From the NCBI GenBank assembly GCA_021199335.1, contig JAJQIG010000038.1:1298-65297 (forward strand): a DNA stretch of 64,000 nucleotides. Reading direction: 5' to 3'. The notes below the pieces were generated by a model that worked only from the letters and a program-made list of their open reading frames with translations, had not been told where the DNA came from and ran no database searches. The stretch is from Oscillospiraceae bacterium (GTDB taxonomy: Bacteria > Bacillota > Clostridia > Oscillospirales > Ruminococcaceae). Position 1 is the stretch's first letter. Each line of letters starts with the position of its first letter. Made by a program: the position numbers and the translations under genes. Below, in pieces: positions 51,801 through 60,607 of this stretch.

Positions 51801-51830
51801 AAAAAGGCTGTATCCGTTTTGGATACAGCC
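51801..51830 (-). terminator. Rho-independent terminator or attenuator hairpin 20 nt upstream of the TM1266-like gene start
   Basis: Minus strand reads GGCTGTATCC-AAAAC-GGATACAGCC followed by TTTTT. Confidence 0.7.
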
Positions 51831-52002
51831 AAATTGTCTTACCCGATGAATGCGCAGCCACCGCAAAAAAATGAGGGAGTGCATTCACATTCTGTCCGTT
51901 ATGCGCTGTATCTTCCGCTTCAACCGTGTTTCGGCGTCAGAAATTGTATTTTTTACATTAATGCAATTTTCTTGATTCGGCAATGCCCGCAAAATTTTCG
52001 GG

Positions 52003-53919
52003 TTACATTGTCATAAGGCTCGATGATTTTTTCTTAAGGTCGGAGGAAATACCTTTAACCGTGTCGGTCGATGCCGCAATTTCCTCTGTGCTTGCCGCAA
52101 GGTTCGTCATTCGTTCATTAACGCTGTCAACAATTTCAAGCAAACGGTCTGATTCATCAAGAAGCAGATCCATTGCAGTGCTTATCTGTTCCTTGTTTGA
52201 GTTGCTGTCAACGGCAGCGGCGCGGCTCTTTTCCGAAAGGTTCTTTATTTCCTCCGCAACAACTGCGAAGCCCTTTCCCGCTGCTCCCGCATGAGCGGCT
52301 TCAATTGAAGCGTTCAGCGACAGAAGATTTGTTTGGCTTGCTATGCTGCTGACGGCGTTGTTATTGCTTTCAAGATTGCCCAAAAGACCGACTATATCGG
52401 AGAAGGAGTTTTTCAGCCTTTCGCAGAAATCCACAACCTCCGCCATTGAGCTTGTTATTTCTGTGCTTTCCTCCGCATTGTTGCTGTTTCCTTCAGCCAT
52501 CTGCTTTACGGATAGGTCAAGGCTTTCCAAATCCTCGTTAAGCTCCCTCGCAACCTCCGCAATCATATCGCTGCGGCGGCTTATCTCGATATTAGCTTCG
52601 GCAGCCTGTCTGCCCTGCTCCTCAACCTCGTCCTTGATGTAATGAATGCAGGAATCCTTGTGGTTGCATCCGTTGAAAATAGCGGCAGCCATCTGTTCGC
52701 AGGATTCATATCCGCAGGCGCCGCAGTTGATTTTGCGCTGCTCACGGGTTATTTTGTTCATTTGGTTGAATATGCTGTCAGCCTGTATGCTGTCGGGCTT
52801 GTTTATTTCATGTCCATGTGATTTATCGGTGTAAACCCTTATAAAGTCGTTAAGGTTTAGCTTTGAAAATTGGCGATTAAGCAGCTTGAGCCTTTGAGCG
52901 GGGGTGCTTTTTACTGCCCATGGACCGCCTGAGGGCTTTGTGCTGTTCTTTTTTATTTTCTGAATTTCGTATAAGGTGTCGTCGCTCTTGGTTTTTTCTT
53001 CTTCAACGCCTGTTCCGTACAAGCATCCCGAACCGCAGTTGAGAGCATCGACCATAAACGGAAGCTCCTTACCCTTGATTACCCTGTCCTTATAATCCTG
53101 CAGGAAAGCATATGCGTGTTTTTCCCCTTCAATTTGGCGAATAAATACATCATTGCCGCAGAACCAGTACACATTTTCCTTTAGTCCGCCGGGCATAGGA
53201 TAGATTGAACCGAGTCCGTATTCAATTTCATCGGTTGCATTTCTGCCGCCAATGTTATTTTCCCTTACATATTTCATAAGATGATCGAACGTAACGTTGT
53301 AGGATATGTAGCCGTAATTGTTTGGATCCTCGATCTCATTCTTTTTTGCGATACATGGGCTGATGAACGCCAGCTTATCCGTAATATGTTCATATTTCTT
53401 TGCATATATTGCCGCGCACATCATAGGGCTGTGAACAGGCATAAGATTCGGAAGAAGCTCGGGAACGTAATGCTCTATGTAATTGACGATTGCGGGGCAC
53501 GGCTGGGATATTCCGCCATAATATTTATTCTGCGTAATATAATTGATATATGCCCATGTGGTAATATCCGCGCCGAAGCTTACGCTTATAATGCGGTTAA
53601 CGCCAAGCTCCTTTAATCCGCCGAGAACAGTTCCGTATTCGTTCGGATAATTTGCCAAAAAGGCAGGGGCTAGGAGAAGTGAAATTCTTTCTCCCTTTTT
53701 AAGATCCTCAAAAAATCTCTCCGTATCGTCCTTGAATGCTCTTGCATTATGCTCGCACGCATCAAAGCAGGCGCCGCAGTTGATGCATTGCTCCGAATTT
53801 ACCTCAATGCGAGCCTTCCCGTTCCGTACAACCGCTTTGTTTGCAGTCAGCATAGGACAAACCGAAATGCATTTGTTGCATCCGATACAGTTATCGTTTG
53901 TATAAACAAAACCAGCCAT
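52003..53919 (-). CDS. Sensory [FeFe]-hydrogenase-like protein fused to a methyl-accepting chemotaxis (MCP) signalling domain
   Basis: Two ferredoxin motifs ([24 protein letters not shown]). H-cluster-like motifs ([23 protein letters not shown]). An extra Cys cluster (CGACGYESC...C...C). MCP hairpin tip ([34 protein letters not shown]). No TM segment. Confidence 0.8.
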   Translation of the reverse strand: MAGFVYTNDNCIGCNKCISVCPMLTANKAVVRNGKARIEVNSEQCINCGACFDACEHNARAFKDDTERFFEDLKKGERISLLLAPAFLANYPNEYGTVLGGLKELGVNRIISVSFGADITTWAYINYITQNKYYGGISQPCPAIVNYIEHYVPELLPNLMPVHSPMMCAAIYAKKYEHITDKLAFISPCIAKKNEIEDPNNYGYISYNVTFDHLMKYVRENNIGGRNATDEIEYGLGSIYPMPGGLKENVYWFCGNDVFIRQIEGEKHAYAFLQDYKDRVIKGKELPFMVDALNCGSGCLYGTGVEEEKTKSDDTLYEIQKIKKNSTKPSGGPWAVKSTPAQRLKLLNRQFSKLNLNDFIRVYTDKSHGHEINKPDSIQADSIFNQMNKITREQRKINCGACGYESCEQMAAAIFNGCNHKDSCIHYIKDEVEEQGRQAAEANIEISRRSDMIAEVARELNEDLESLDLSVKQMAEGNSNNAEESTEITSSMAEVVDFCERLKNSFSDIVGLLGNLESNNNAVSSIASQTNLLSLNASIEAAHAGAAGKGFAVVAEEIKNLSEKSRAAAVDSNSNKEQISTAMDLLLDESDRLLEIVDSVNERMTNLAASTEEIAASTDTVKGISSDLKKKSSSLMTM

Positions 53920-54545
53920 TTAGCCTTCATTCCTCCTGATTGTATATGCTGAAAATGCATAAATTCTTTATAATTCGACACTTTACAGTAAATTATGCTG
54001 CGGAATAATTATGGCAATACCCCTCACTCCTCATTAAAGCTTGTCCGTCTGTAACGACTTCTTAAATTACTGTTAAATTCCGCACTTACTGTTATTGCAT
54101 AAATATCCATCATTGAGTATATACCTGTTTAAAATAGATGTCAAGTAGTTTGTCCTGAAAATTCACGTATTTTTTATGCGATATTCACAAAATGACCACT
54201 TTGTAGAAAATGAATTTTGACGGCTGCCTTTCATCAGAAAAAGATTAAGCGGCAGTTAACATTTTAATCGCGCAGCTGCTCTCACACAACCTCTAATTTG
54301 TTTATCGGCACGAAAAACAAAAAATTAACACCTATTTAAAGCTGAAAAAAATTTTTCTGCGTTTCTCCCAAAATAACACGATTTTTTTGTGCATTATCTA
54401 CGGTACAACCGCCTAATGCATTACCGCACAAGGCATGGACAAAGCCATTAAAAGGTGATATAATATCATCAAAGGGTAAACAAAAGGACGAATATTGAAG
54501 CGCGGTTCTGCGAAATTGCGGCGGAGGATGAGGAGGTAAAGAAAA

Positions 54546-55379
54546 ATGCTCGGAGCGATTATCGGAGATATTGTAGGCTCTCGGTTTGAATGTAATAACT
54601 ACAGAGCGAAGGATTTTGAGCTTTTTACGGACAAATGCTCGCCGACCGATGACAGCATTATGTCACTGGCGGTTGCAAAGGCTATTCTAAACAGCAAGCC
54701 CGACCACAGCGACTTGTCCGATGCGGCGGTGAGGTATATGCAGCAGCTTGGAAGGCTGTATCCGAATTCGGGATATGGAATGATGTTCCGCAGCTGGCTT
54801 ATGAAAAGGGCCCCGCAGCCCTATGGAAGCTTTGGAAACGGTGCGGCAATGCGAGTCAGCGCCGTCGGCTTTGCCGCACAGAGTCTTGCCGATGCAAAAA
54901 TTATGTCCGATATGGTAACTAAGGTTACGCATAATCATCCCGAAGGAATTAAGGGCGCAGAGGCTGCCGCCGTTGCGGTTTTTATGGCGCATTCGGGAAA
55001 AAGTGCGCTTGAAATTTGTGATGTTATCGATAAGGAATATTACCCTATGGATTTTACTTTAGATGAAATTCGGGGTACATATATGTTTAATTCAAGCTGT
55101 CAAGGGACTGTTCCGCAGGCATTAATGGCATTTTTTGAATCAACGGGCTTTGAGGATGCGATTCGTAATGCAATTTCTATCGGCGGGGACAGCGATACGC
55201 TTGCGGCAATCACAGGTGGGATTGCCGAAGCGTATTACGGAATCCCCGACGACATTCGTAGGGATGCAATCTCATTTCTCGATGAGCGTCAGCTTAAGAT
55301 ACTTTTGGATTTTGAAAGCAAATATCCTCCCGTTGCGGAAAAAGCTCGGCAACACAGGGGAATGAGCGGTTATGCCTAA
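54546..55379 (+). CDS. ADP-ribosylglycohydrolase-family protein
   Basis: GAIIGDIVGS...TDDSIM...GGDSDTLAAITGGIAEAYYG pattern. Confidence 0.75.
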   Translation: MLGAIIGDIVGSRFECNNYRAKDFELFTDKCSPTDDSIMSLAVAKAILNSKPDHSDLSDAAVRYMQQLGRLYPNSGYGMMFRSWLMKRAPQPYGSFGNGAAMRVSAVGFAAQSLADAKIMSDMVTKVTHNHPEGIKGAEAAAVAVFMAHSGKSALEICDVIDKEYYPMDFTLDEIRGTYMFNSSCQGTVPQALMAFFESTGFEDAIRNAISIGGDSDTLAAITGGIAEAYYGIPDDIRRDAISFLDERQLKILLDFESKYPPVAEKARQHRGMSGYA

Positions 55380-55405
55380 GCCCATGGGACACTAAGGAGA
55401 AGCAG

Positions 55406-55963
55406 ATGAAAATTATTTTTATACGTCACGGAAAAACGCAGGGAAATCTCAGGGGCGCATATATCGGAAGAACGGATGAGGAGCTTTGTCTTGAGGGAAT
55501 TGCAGAAATAAAGTCAAAAAAATATCCATTGGCGGATGTTGTGATAGCAAGCCCCATGAAACGCTGTCTGCAGACCGCAGACATTATTTATCCCGATGCG
55601 AAAAAAATTATCTGCAACGACCTGCGTGAGTGCGATTTCGGTGACTTTGAGGGAAAAAGCTACTCCGAGCTTAACGGAGACGACTATTATCAGAAATGGA
55701 TAGACAGCTTTGGCTCGCTCCCTTTCCCGAACGGTGAACCGCATGAAAATTTTACCGAACGCTGCTGCGGAGCCTTTGAACGGCTTGCCGATGAATATTT
55801 TGGTTCTGATATTGCTTTTGTCGTCCACGGGGGAACAATAATGGCTGTCCTTGAAGGATTTTCGGTTGAGGGCGGCGGCTTCTATGACTTTGGAGTAAAA
55901 AACGGATGCGGTTACATCGCCGAATATTCCGACAAAAGGCTCTGCATTACAGAGCATATATGA
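55406..55963 (+). CDS. cobC: Histidine-phosphatase-family protein, probable alpha-ribazole phosphatase
   Basis: IFIRHGKTQGN...SPMKRCLQTA...FVVHGG. Confidence 0.6.
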   Translation: MKIIFIRHGKTQGNLRGAYIGRTDEELCLEGIAEIKSKKYPLADVVIASPMKRCLQTADIIYPDAKKIICNDLRECDFGDFEGKSYSELNGDDYYQKWIDSFGSLPFPNGEPHENFTERCCGAFERLADEYFGSDIAFVVHGGTIMAVLEGFSVEGGGFYDFGVKNGCGYIAEYSDKRLCITEHI

Positions 55964-56079
55964 GAAATTGCTAATTTTTGTGGTTTTTTCATAGATTATT
56001 AGTGAAAAAACACGCTTGAAAAAGGGGGAGAAAAATAGTATACTATTTAGTTGTATGCATACAATAAAATTTAATATGC

Positions 56080-56430
56080 GAACGGTGCTTCGGTGCAAAG
56101 CTTTTGCAGCCGAAGATAATAGGGAAACAGGTTGGAATCCTGTGCGATCTCGTCACCGTATTAAGGGAATGAACGGACTGTGATGTTTTATCGGTCACTG
56201 GCGAAAGTCGGGAAGGCTGTCTGTTTGTGATGATCTTTAAGTCGGGAGACCTGCCGTTTGCAAGTACAGGGAAAAGCCGTTAAAGCGCTTTTCTCAGATC
56301 ACGAGGTATTGATCGTACATAGCGGATATTGCCGTTTGGCAGTATCTTTGTTTGCTGTGCCTTCTTTATGTTTCGTAAGGAAAGGCATTTTTTCTACGTC
56401 AATGCCTCCGATAAAAATGAATCGGAGGAT
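56080..56430 (+). ncRNA. Cobalamin riboswitch. Aptamer is about 56080-56262; the expression platform has a terminator (56358-56398) and an RBS-sequestering hairpin (56405-56428)
   Basis: AGGGAAACAGGTTGGAATCCTGT...CGTCACCGTA, B12-box-like GGTCACTGGCGAAAGTCGGGAAGGC, and AGTCGGGAGACCTGCC. Then TGCCTT...AAGGCA followed by TTTTTT, then CCTCCGAT...ATCGGAGG covering the GGAGG RBS. Confidence 0.9.
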
Positions 56431-56437
56431 TTTTATT

Positions 56438-57466
56438 ATGAAAAAAATTTATGCTTCACTTGCCGCAATTCTTCTTGCCGCTGCTGTTATGACAGGCTGC
56501 GGTTCATCGGACAATACCGAGGTTCCTTCCGCTGATGCATCCGAGGCTTCCGTTTCCGAAGAAGCGCAGTCCGAGGAGGATGCCGATGCGTCTGAATCCG
56601 AATCGGAGGAAGAAGAGGAAAATTATGATACGGGCGATGCTTCGCTCGACAACATCCGCAATCAGGATGAAATCGGGGAAAATGAGCTGCTTGTCGTAAG
56701 CTTCGGTACGAGCTATAACGACAGCCGCCGCCTTACTATCGGAGCAATAGAGGATGCGCTTGAAACGGCTTTCCCCGATTATTCCGTAAGAAGGGGATTT
56801 TCCGCAAATATTATTATTGACCACGTTGAGCGCCGTGACGGAATTCTTATCGACGATATAAATGCGGCTCTTGAAAGGGCTGTGGACAACGGTGTAAAAA
56901 CTCTTGTTATTCAGCCTACCCATCTTATGAACGGACTTGAATATGACGAAATTGTCGGTGAGGTTGCAGCCTATTCCGATGCCTTTGAAAATGTTGTATT
57001 CGGAGAACCGCTCCTTACAAGCGATGATGATTTTAAGCGTGTTGAACAGGCTATTACGGAATGGACATCCGAATATGATGACGGCGAAACCGCTATATGC
57101 TTTATGGGACACGGCACAGAAGCGGAATCCAATCAGGTTTATCAGAAAATGCAGGACCTCCTTACATCGGACGGTTACAGCAATTATTTTGTCGGAACGG
57201 TTGAAGCTGAGCCATCCCTCGACGACGTCCTTGAGCAGGTCAAGGCAGGCGGATATAAGAGAGTTGTACTTGAACCCCTTATGGTTGTTGCGGGAGATCA
57301 CGCCAACAATGATATGGCGGGCGATGAAGAGGATTCTTGGAAAACAACCTTTGAAAGCGAAGGCTTTGAGGTTGTATGCCTTTTAAGGGGTCTTGGCGAA
57401 AATGAAGCTGTAAGACAGATATATATTGACCATGCACAGGCCGCAATTGACTCGCTCGGCGAATAA
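56438..57466 (+). CDS. Exported lipoprotein with a CbiK-type (anaerobic cobaltochelatase-like) domain
   Basis: Lipobox VMTGC, an acidic Ser/Glu linker, then the CbiK pattern VVSFGTS...IQPTHLMNG...FMGHGTE...LEPLMVVAGDHANND. Confidence 0.75.
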   Translation: MKKIYASLAAILLAAAVMTGCGSSDNTEVPSADASEASVSEEAQSEEDADASESESEEEEENYDTGDASLDNIRNQDEIGENELLVVSFGTSYNDSRRLTIGAIEDALETAFPDYSVRRGFSANIIIDHVERRDGILIDDINAALERAVDNGVKTLVIQPTHLMNGLEYDEIVGEVAAYSDAFENVVFGEPLLTSDDDFKRVEQAITEWTSEYDDGETAICFMGHGTEAESNQVYQKMQDLLTSDGYSNYFVGTVEAEPSLDDVLEQVKAGGYKRVVLEPLMVVAGDHANNDMAGDEEDSWKTTFESEGFEVVCLLRGLGENEAVRQIYIDHAQAAIDSLGE

Positions 57467-57532
57467 ATTCAGCATTACAACGACTGCCGCCATAAGCCGC
57501 GGCAGTTATTGTTTATTGAAAGGAATTGTAAA

Positions 57533-58453
57533 ATGAATATAAATAAAAAAGCTGCGGCAGCGGCGCTTATCGGAGCTATGCTGCTTGGATTTTCGGGTTG
57601 TTCGGGGGAAAGTTCCGAGGTTCAGTCCGATTTTACAACGGCTTCGGAGGAGCTATCCGAAGGGGTATCTGCAAAGGCGGAAAACAACGTCGCCTCAGGG
57701 GATGAAACAGTTCCGTATGAGCTTGATGTTTCCGAGAATATGACGCCGATATACGGCGACAGCCTCAAGGACGGAGTTTATGATATAACGGTTGATTCAA
57801 GCTCCTCAATGTTTTCGGTAACGAAATGCGAGCTTACGGTTGAAGGCGGCGGGATGACAGCCTGCATGACTATGAGCGGCACCGGCTATCTTTACGTCTT
57901 TATGGGCAAGGGCGAGGATGCGGAGGAAAGCGGGTTTATTTCCTATGTTGAAAATGAAAACGGAGAGCATACATATACCGTTCCTGTTGAAGCGCTTGAT
58001 ATGGGAATAGAATGCGCCGCATTCAGCAGGAAAAAGGAACAGTGGTATGACAGAACTCTGATTTTCCGAAGCGATTCTCTTCCCTCGGATGCTTTTGCCG
58101 ATGGATTTATAAACACTGTTCAAAGTCTTGGAATTGCCGATGGAGCATACACTGTTGAGGTTACTCTTGAGGGCGGTTCGGGACGTTCATATGTAGAATC
58201 CCCTGCGGTTGTAACGGTAAAGGACGGCAATGCGGAGGCTGATATAATCTGGAGCAGCTCAAATTACGATTACATGGTTGTAAACGGGGAGAAGTATTAT
58301 CCGATAAATTCGGAGGGCAACTCGGAATTTATTATTCCAATCACGGGGTTTGATTACAGAATGCCCGTTTCCGCAGATACCACCGCCATGAGTCAGCCTT
58401 ATGAGATAGAATATACGCTTTATTTTGATTCGGAAACAATAGTGAGCCAATGA
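57533..58453 (+). CDS. Lipoprotein of unknown function with two tandem ~105-aa repeats
   Basis: Lipobox FSGCSG. Repeats start DGVYDITV and DGAYTVEV. Confidence 0.6.
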   Translation: MNINKKAAAAALIGAMLLGFSGCSGESSEVQSDFTTASEELSEGVSAKAENNVASGDETVPYELDVSENMTPIYGDSLKDGVYDITVDSSSSMFSVTKCELTVEGGGMTACMTMSGTGYLYVFMGKGEDAEESGFISYVENENGEHTYTVPVEALDMGIECAAFSRKKEQWYDRTLIFRSDSLPSDAFADGFINTVQSLGIADGAYTVEVTLEGGSGRSYVESPAVVTVKDGNAEADIIWSSSNYDYMVVNGEKYYPINSEGNSEFIIPITGFDYRMPVSADTTAMSQPYEIEYTLYFDSETIVSQ

Positions 58454-59568
58454 AAAAATTATTTATTTGTGCCGCAATCTGTTTAATCGCCATGACAGGC
58501 TGCAAAGAAAGCGGCTCCGATTCTGCGGAGCTGTCAGGGCTTCAATATATCGGCAGCACCGAGCTTACCTATGCGGAGCAGTTCTCTATTGATAATTACA
58601 GCGGGGATATTTCCGTTATTACAATAGGCGAGGAGAAATATATCGTTGTTCCCGAAAATTGCACCGCCGCAATCCCCGATGGTATGACCGTTATAACAAA
58701 GCCGCAGGAAAGCATCTACCTTGCCGCATCATCCGCAATGGATCTTTTCGATGGTATCGGTGCGCTCGAAAACATATGCGCAACCGCAACTGCGGAAAAC
58801 AGCTGGTCGCTCCCGAATGTAAAGGAAGCGATAGACTGCGGCAGTATTCTTTATGCGGGAAAATACAGCGCTCCGGATTTTGAGCTTCTCCTTTCGGAGG
58901 GTTGTTCACTTGCAATTGAATCGACAATGATTTACCATAAACCCGAAATAAAGGAACAGCTTGAGGAAATTGGCATACCTGTTCTTGTGGAGCGTTCAAG
59001 CTACGAATCCCACCCACTAGGGCGGCTCGAATGGATAAAGCTGTATGGAATCCTTACGGACCGTGAGGAGGAAGCGGAGGAAATATTCAACCGACAGGCG
59101 GAGTGCGTTAACAGCATTATGTCGGAGGAGAAAACGGGCAAAATCGTTGCATTTTTCTATATAAGCTCCAATGGATATGTGAACGTAAGAAAGCCGGGGG
59201 ATTACATCTCAAAAATGATTGAGCTTGCGGGCGGAGAGTACATTTTTACAGCGGATGATATGAACGTTGACGAAAATGCTCTTTCAACGATAAATATGCA
59301 GTTTGAAACGTTTTACGCAATTGCATCCGAAGCGGATATTCTTATTTACAACAGCACCGTTGACGGCGGAGTTGATACAATTTCTCAGCTTACGGAAAAA
59401 AACGGAATGCTCGCCGATTTTAAAGCTGTAAAGAACGGAGATGTATGGTGTACCGAAAGCAATATGTTTCAGCAGACGACAGGTACGGCGGATATGATAA
59501 GCGATATGCATAAAATATTTACGGACGAAGCCGATGATGAAATGAATTATCTTCACAGATTGAAATAA
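58450..59568 (+). CDS. ABC transporter substrate-binding lipoprotein (BtuF/FhuD class)
   Basis: Lipobox AMTGC. Class III periplasmic-binding-protein pattern. Start overlaps the upstream stop (ATGA). Confidence 0.8.
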   Translation: MKKLFICAAICLIAMTGCKESGSDSAELSGLQYIGSTELTYAEQFSIDNYSGDISVITIGEEKYIVVPENCTAAIPDGMTVITKPQESIYLAASSAMDLFDGIGALENICATATAENSWSLPNVKEAIDCGSILYAGKYSAPDFELLLSEGCSLAIESTMIYHKPEIKEQLEEIGIPVLVERSSYESHPLGRLEWIKLYGILTDREEEAEEIFNRQAECVNSIMSEEKTGKIVAFFYISSNGYVNVRKPGDYISKMIELAGGEYIFTADDMNVDENALSTINMQFETFYAIASEADILIYNSTVDGGVDTISQLTEKNGMLADFKAVKNGDVWCTESNMFQQTTGTADMISDMHKIFTDEADDEMNYLHRLK

Positions 59569-59581
59569 AAAGAGGTATAAT

Positions 59582-60607
59582 GTGAGCAGAAAGATAAGAT
59601 ATACGGTTTGTTTTTTATCCCTTGCGCTGATTTTTGCCCTGCTGGCGGCTCTTAACCTTTTTATCGGGAGCATTTCCTATTCCCCGAGCGAGGTTGCGGC
59701 TGTCCTTTTGAATAAAAGCACGGACAGCACCGCAATAAGCATTGTAATGAATATAAGGCTTCCGAGAATGGTTGCGGCAGCCGTCCTTGGGGGAGGTCTG
59801 TCCGTTTCGGGTTATCTTCTTCAAACATATTTTGCGAACCCTATAGCGGGTCCGTTCGTGCTGGGAATATCCTCGGGGGCGAAGCTCACGGTTGCGCTTG
59901 CGATGATTTTTTCCCTTGAAAGGGGCGCAGCAATGGGTTCCGCCACACTTATGGCGGCATCATTCGCAGGTTCAATGCTTTCGATGGGATTTGTTTTAGC
60001 TGTTGCGGGAAGAATAAAGGGCAGCGGTATGCTTATCGTCAGCGGAGTTATGATAGGATACATATGCTCTGCGGTAACGGACTTTGCAGTTACATTTGCC
60101 GATGATTCAAACATTGTTAATCTCCATAGCTGGTCGCTCGGCAGCTTTTCGGGAATTGACGGCGGCGATGTAAAGGTGTTCTCCGCAGTTGTTTTTTTCG
60201 CTGTTATTGCTGCGTTTCTTCTGTCAAAGGATATAAACGCATACAGGCTTGGGGAAACATACGCCGCAAGCGTTGGGGTAAATATAAGGCTTTTCAGGAT
60301 TGCCCTTATATTGCTTTCAAGCCTTCTTTCGGCAGTAGTAACGGCATTTGCGGGTCCTGTTTCATTTGTCGGAATAGCTGTTCCTCATGTTGTAAAGGGA
60401 ATTTTCGCATCCTCCGATTCCGCAGTGATAATTCCGGCATCGTTTATTGGCGGGGGAGTGTTCTGCCTGCTGTGCGACCTTCTCGCAAGGACGGCATTTG
60501 CGCCCACAGAGCTTAGCATAAGTTCCGTTACGGCAGTGTTCGGTGCGCCTATCGTTATAATAATAATGATAGGTAAGAAGCGCAGGGGTGCCGGAGGTGC
60601 AGCATGA
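59582..60607 (+). CDS. FecCD/BtuC-family ABC permease
   Basis: RLPRMVAAAVLGGGLSVSGYLLQ... typical of the FecCD family. Confidence 0.85.
   Translation: MSRKIRYTVCFLSLALIFALLAALNLFIGSISYSPSEVAAVLLNKSTDSTAISIVMNIRLPRMVAAAVLGGGLSVSGYLLQTYFANPIAGPFVLGISSGAKLTVALAMIFSLERGAAMGSATLMAASFAGSMLSMGFVLAVAGRIKGSGMLIVSGVMIGYICSAVTDFAVTFADDSNIVNLHSWSLGSFSGIDGGDVKVFSAVVFFAVIAAFLLSKDINAYRLGETYAASVGVNIRLFRIALILLSSLLSAVVTAFAGPVSFVGIAVPHVVKGIFASSDSAVIIPASFIGGGVFCLLCDLLARTAFAPTELSISSVTAVFGAPIVIIIMIGKKRRGAGGAA

Noticed and set aside
56258-56437. N-terminal extension of the CbiK-like ORF (TTG at 56258)
   Set aside because: The extension overlaps the riboswitch expression platform. The lipoprotein signal peptide begins at the ATG at 56438, after a GGAGG RBS.
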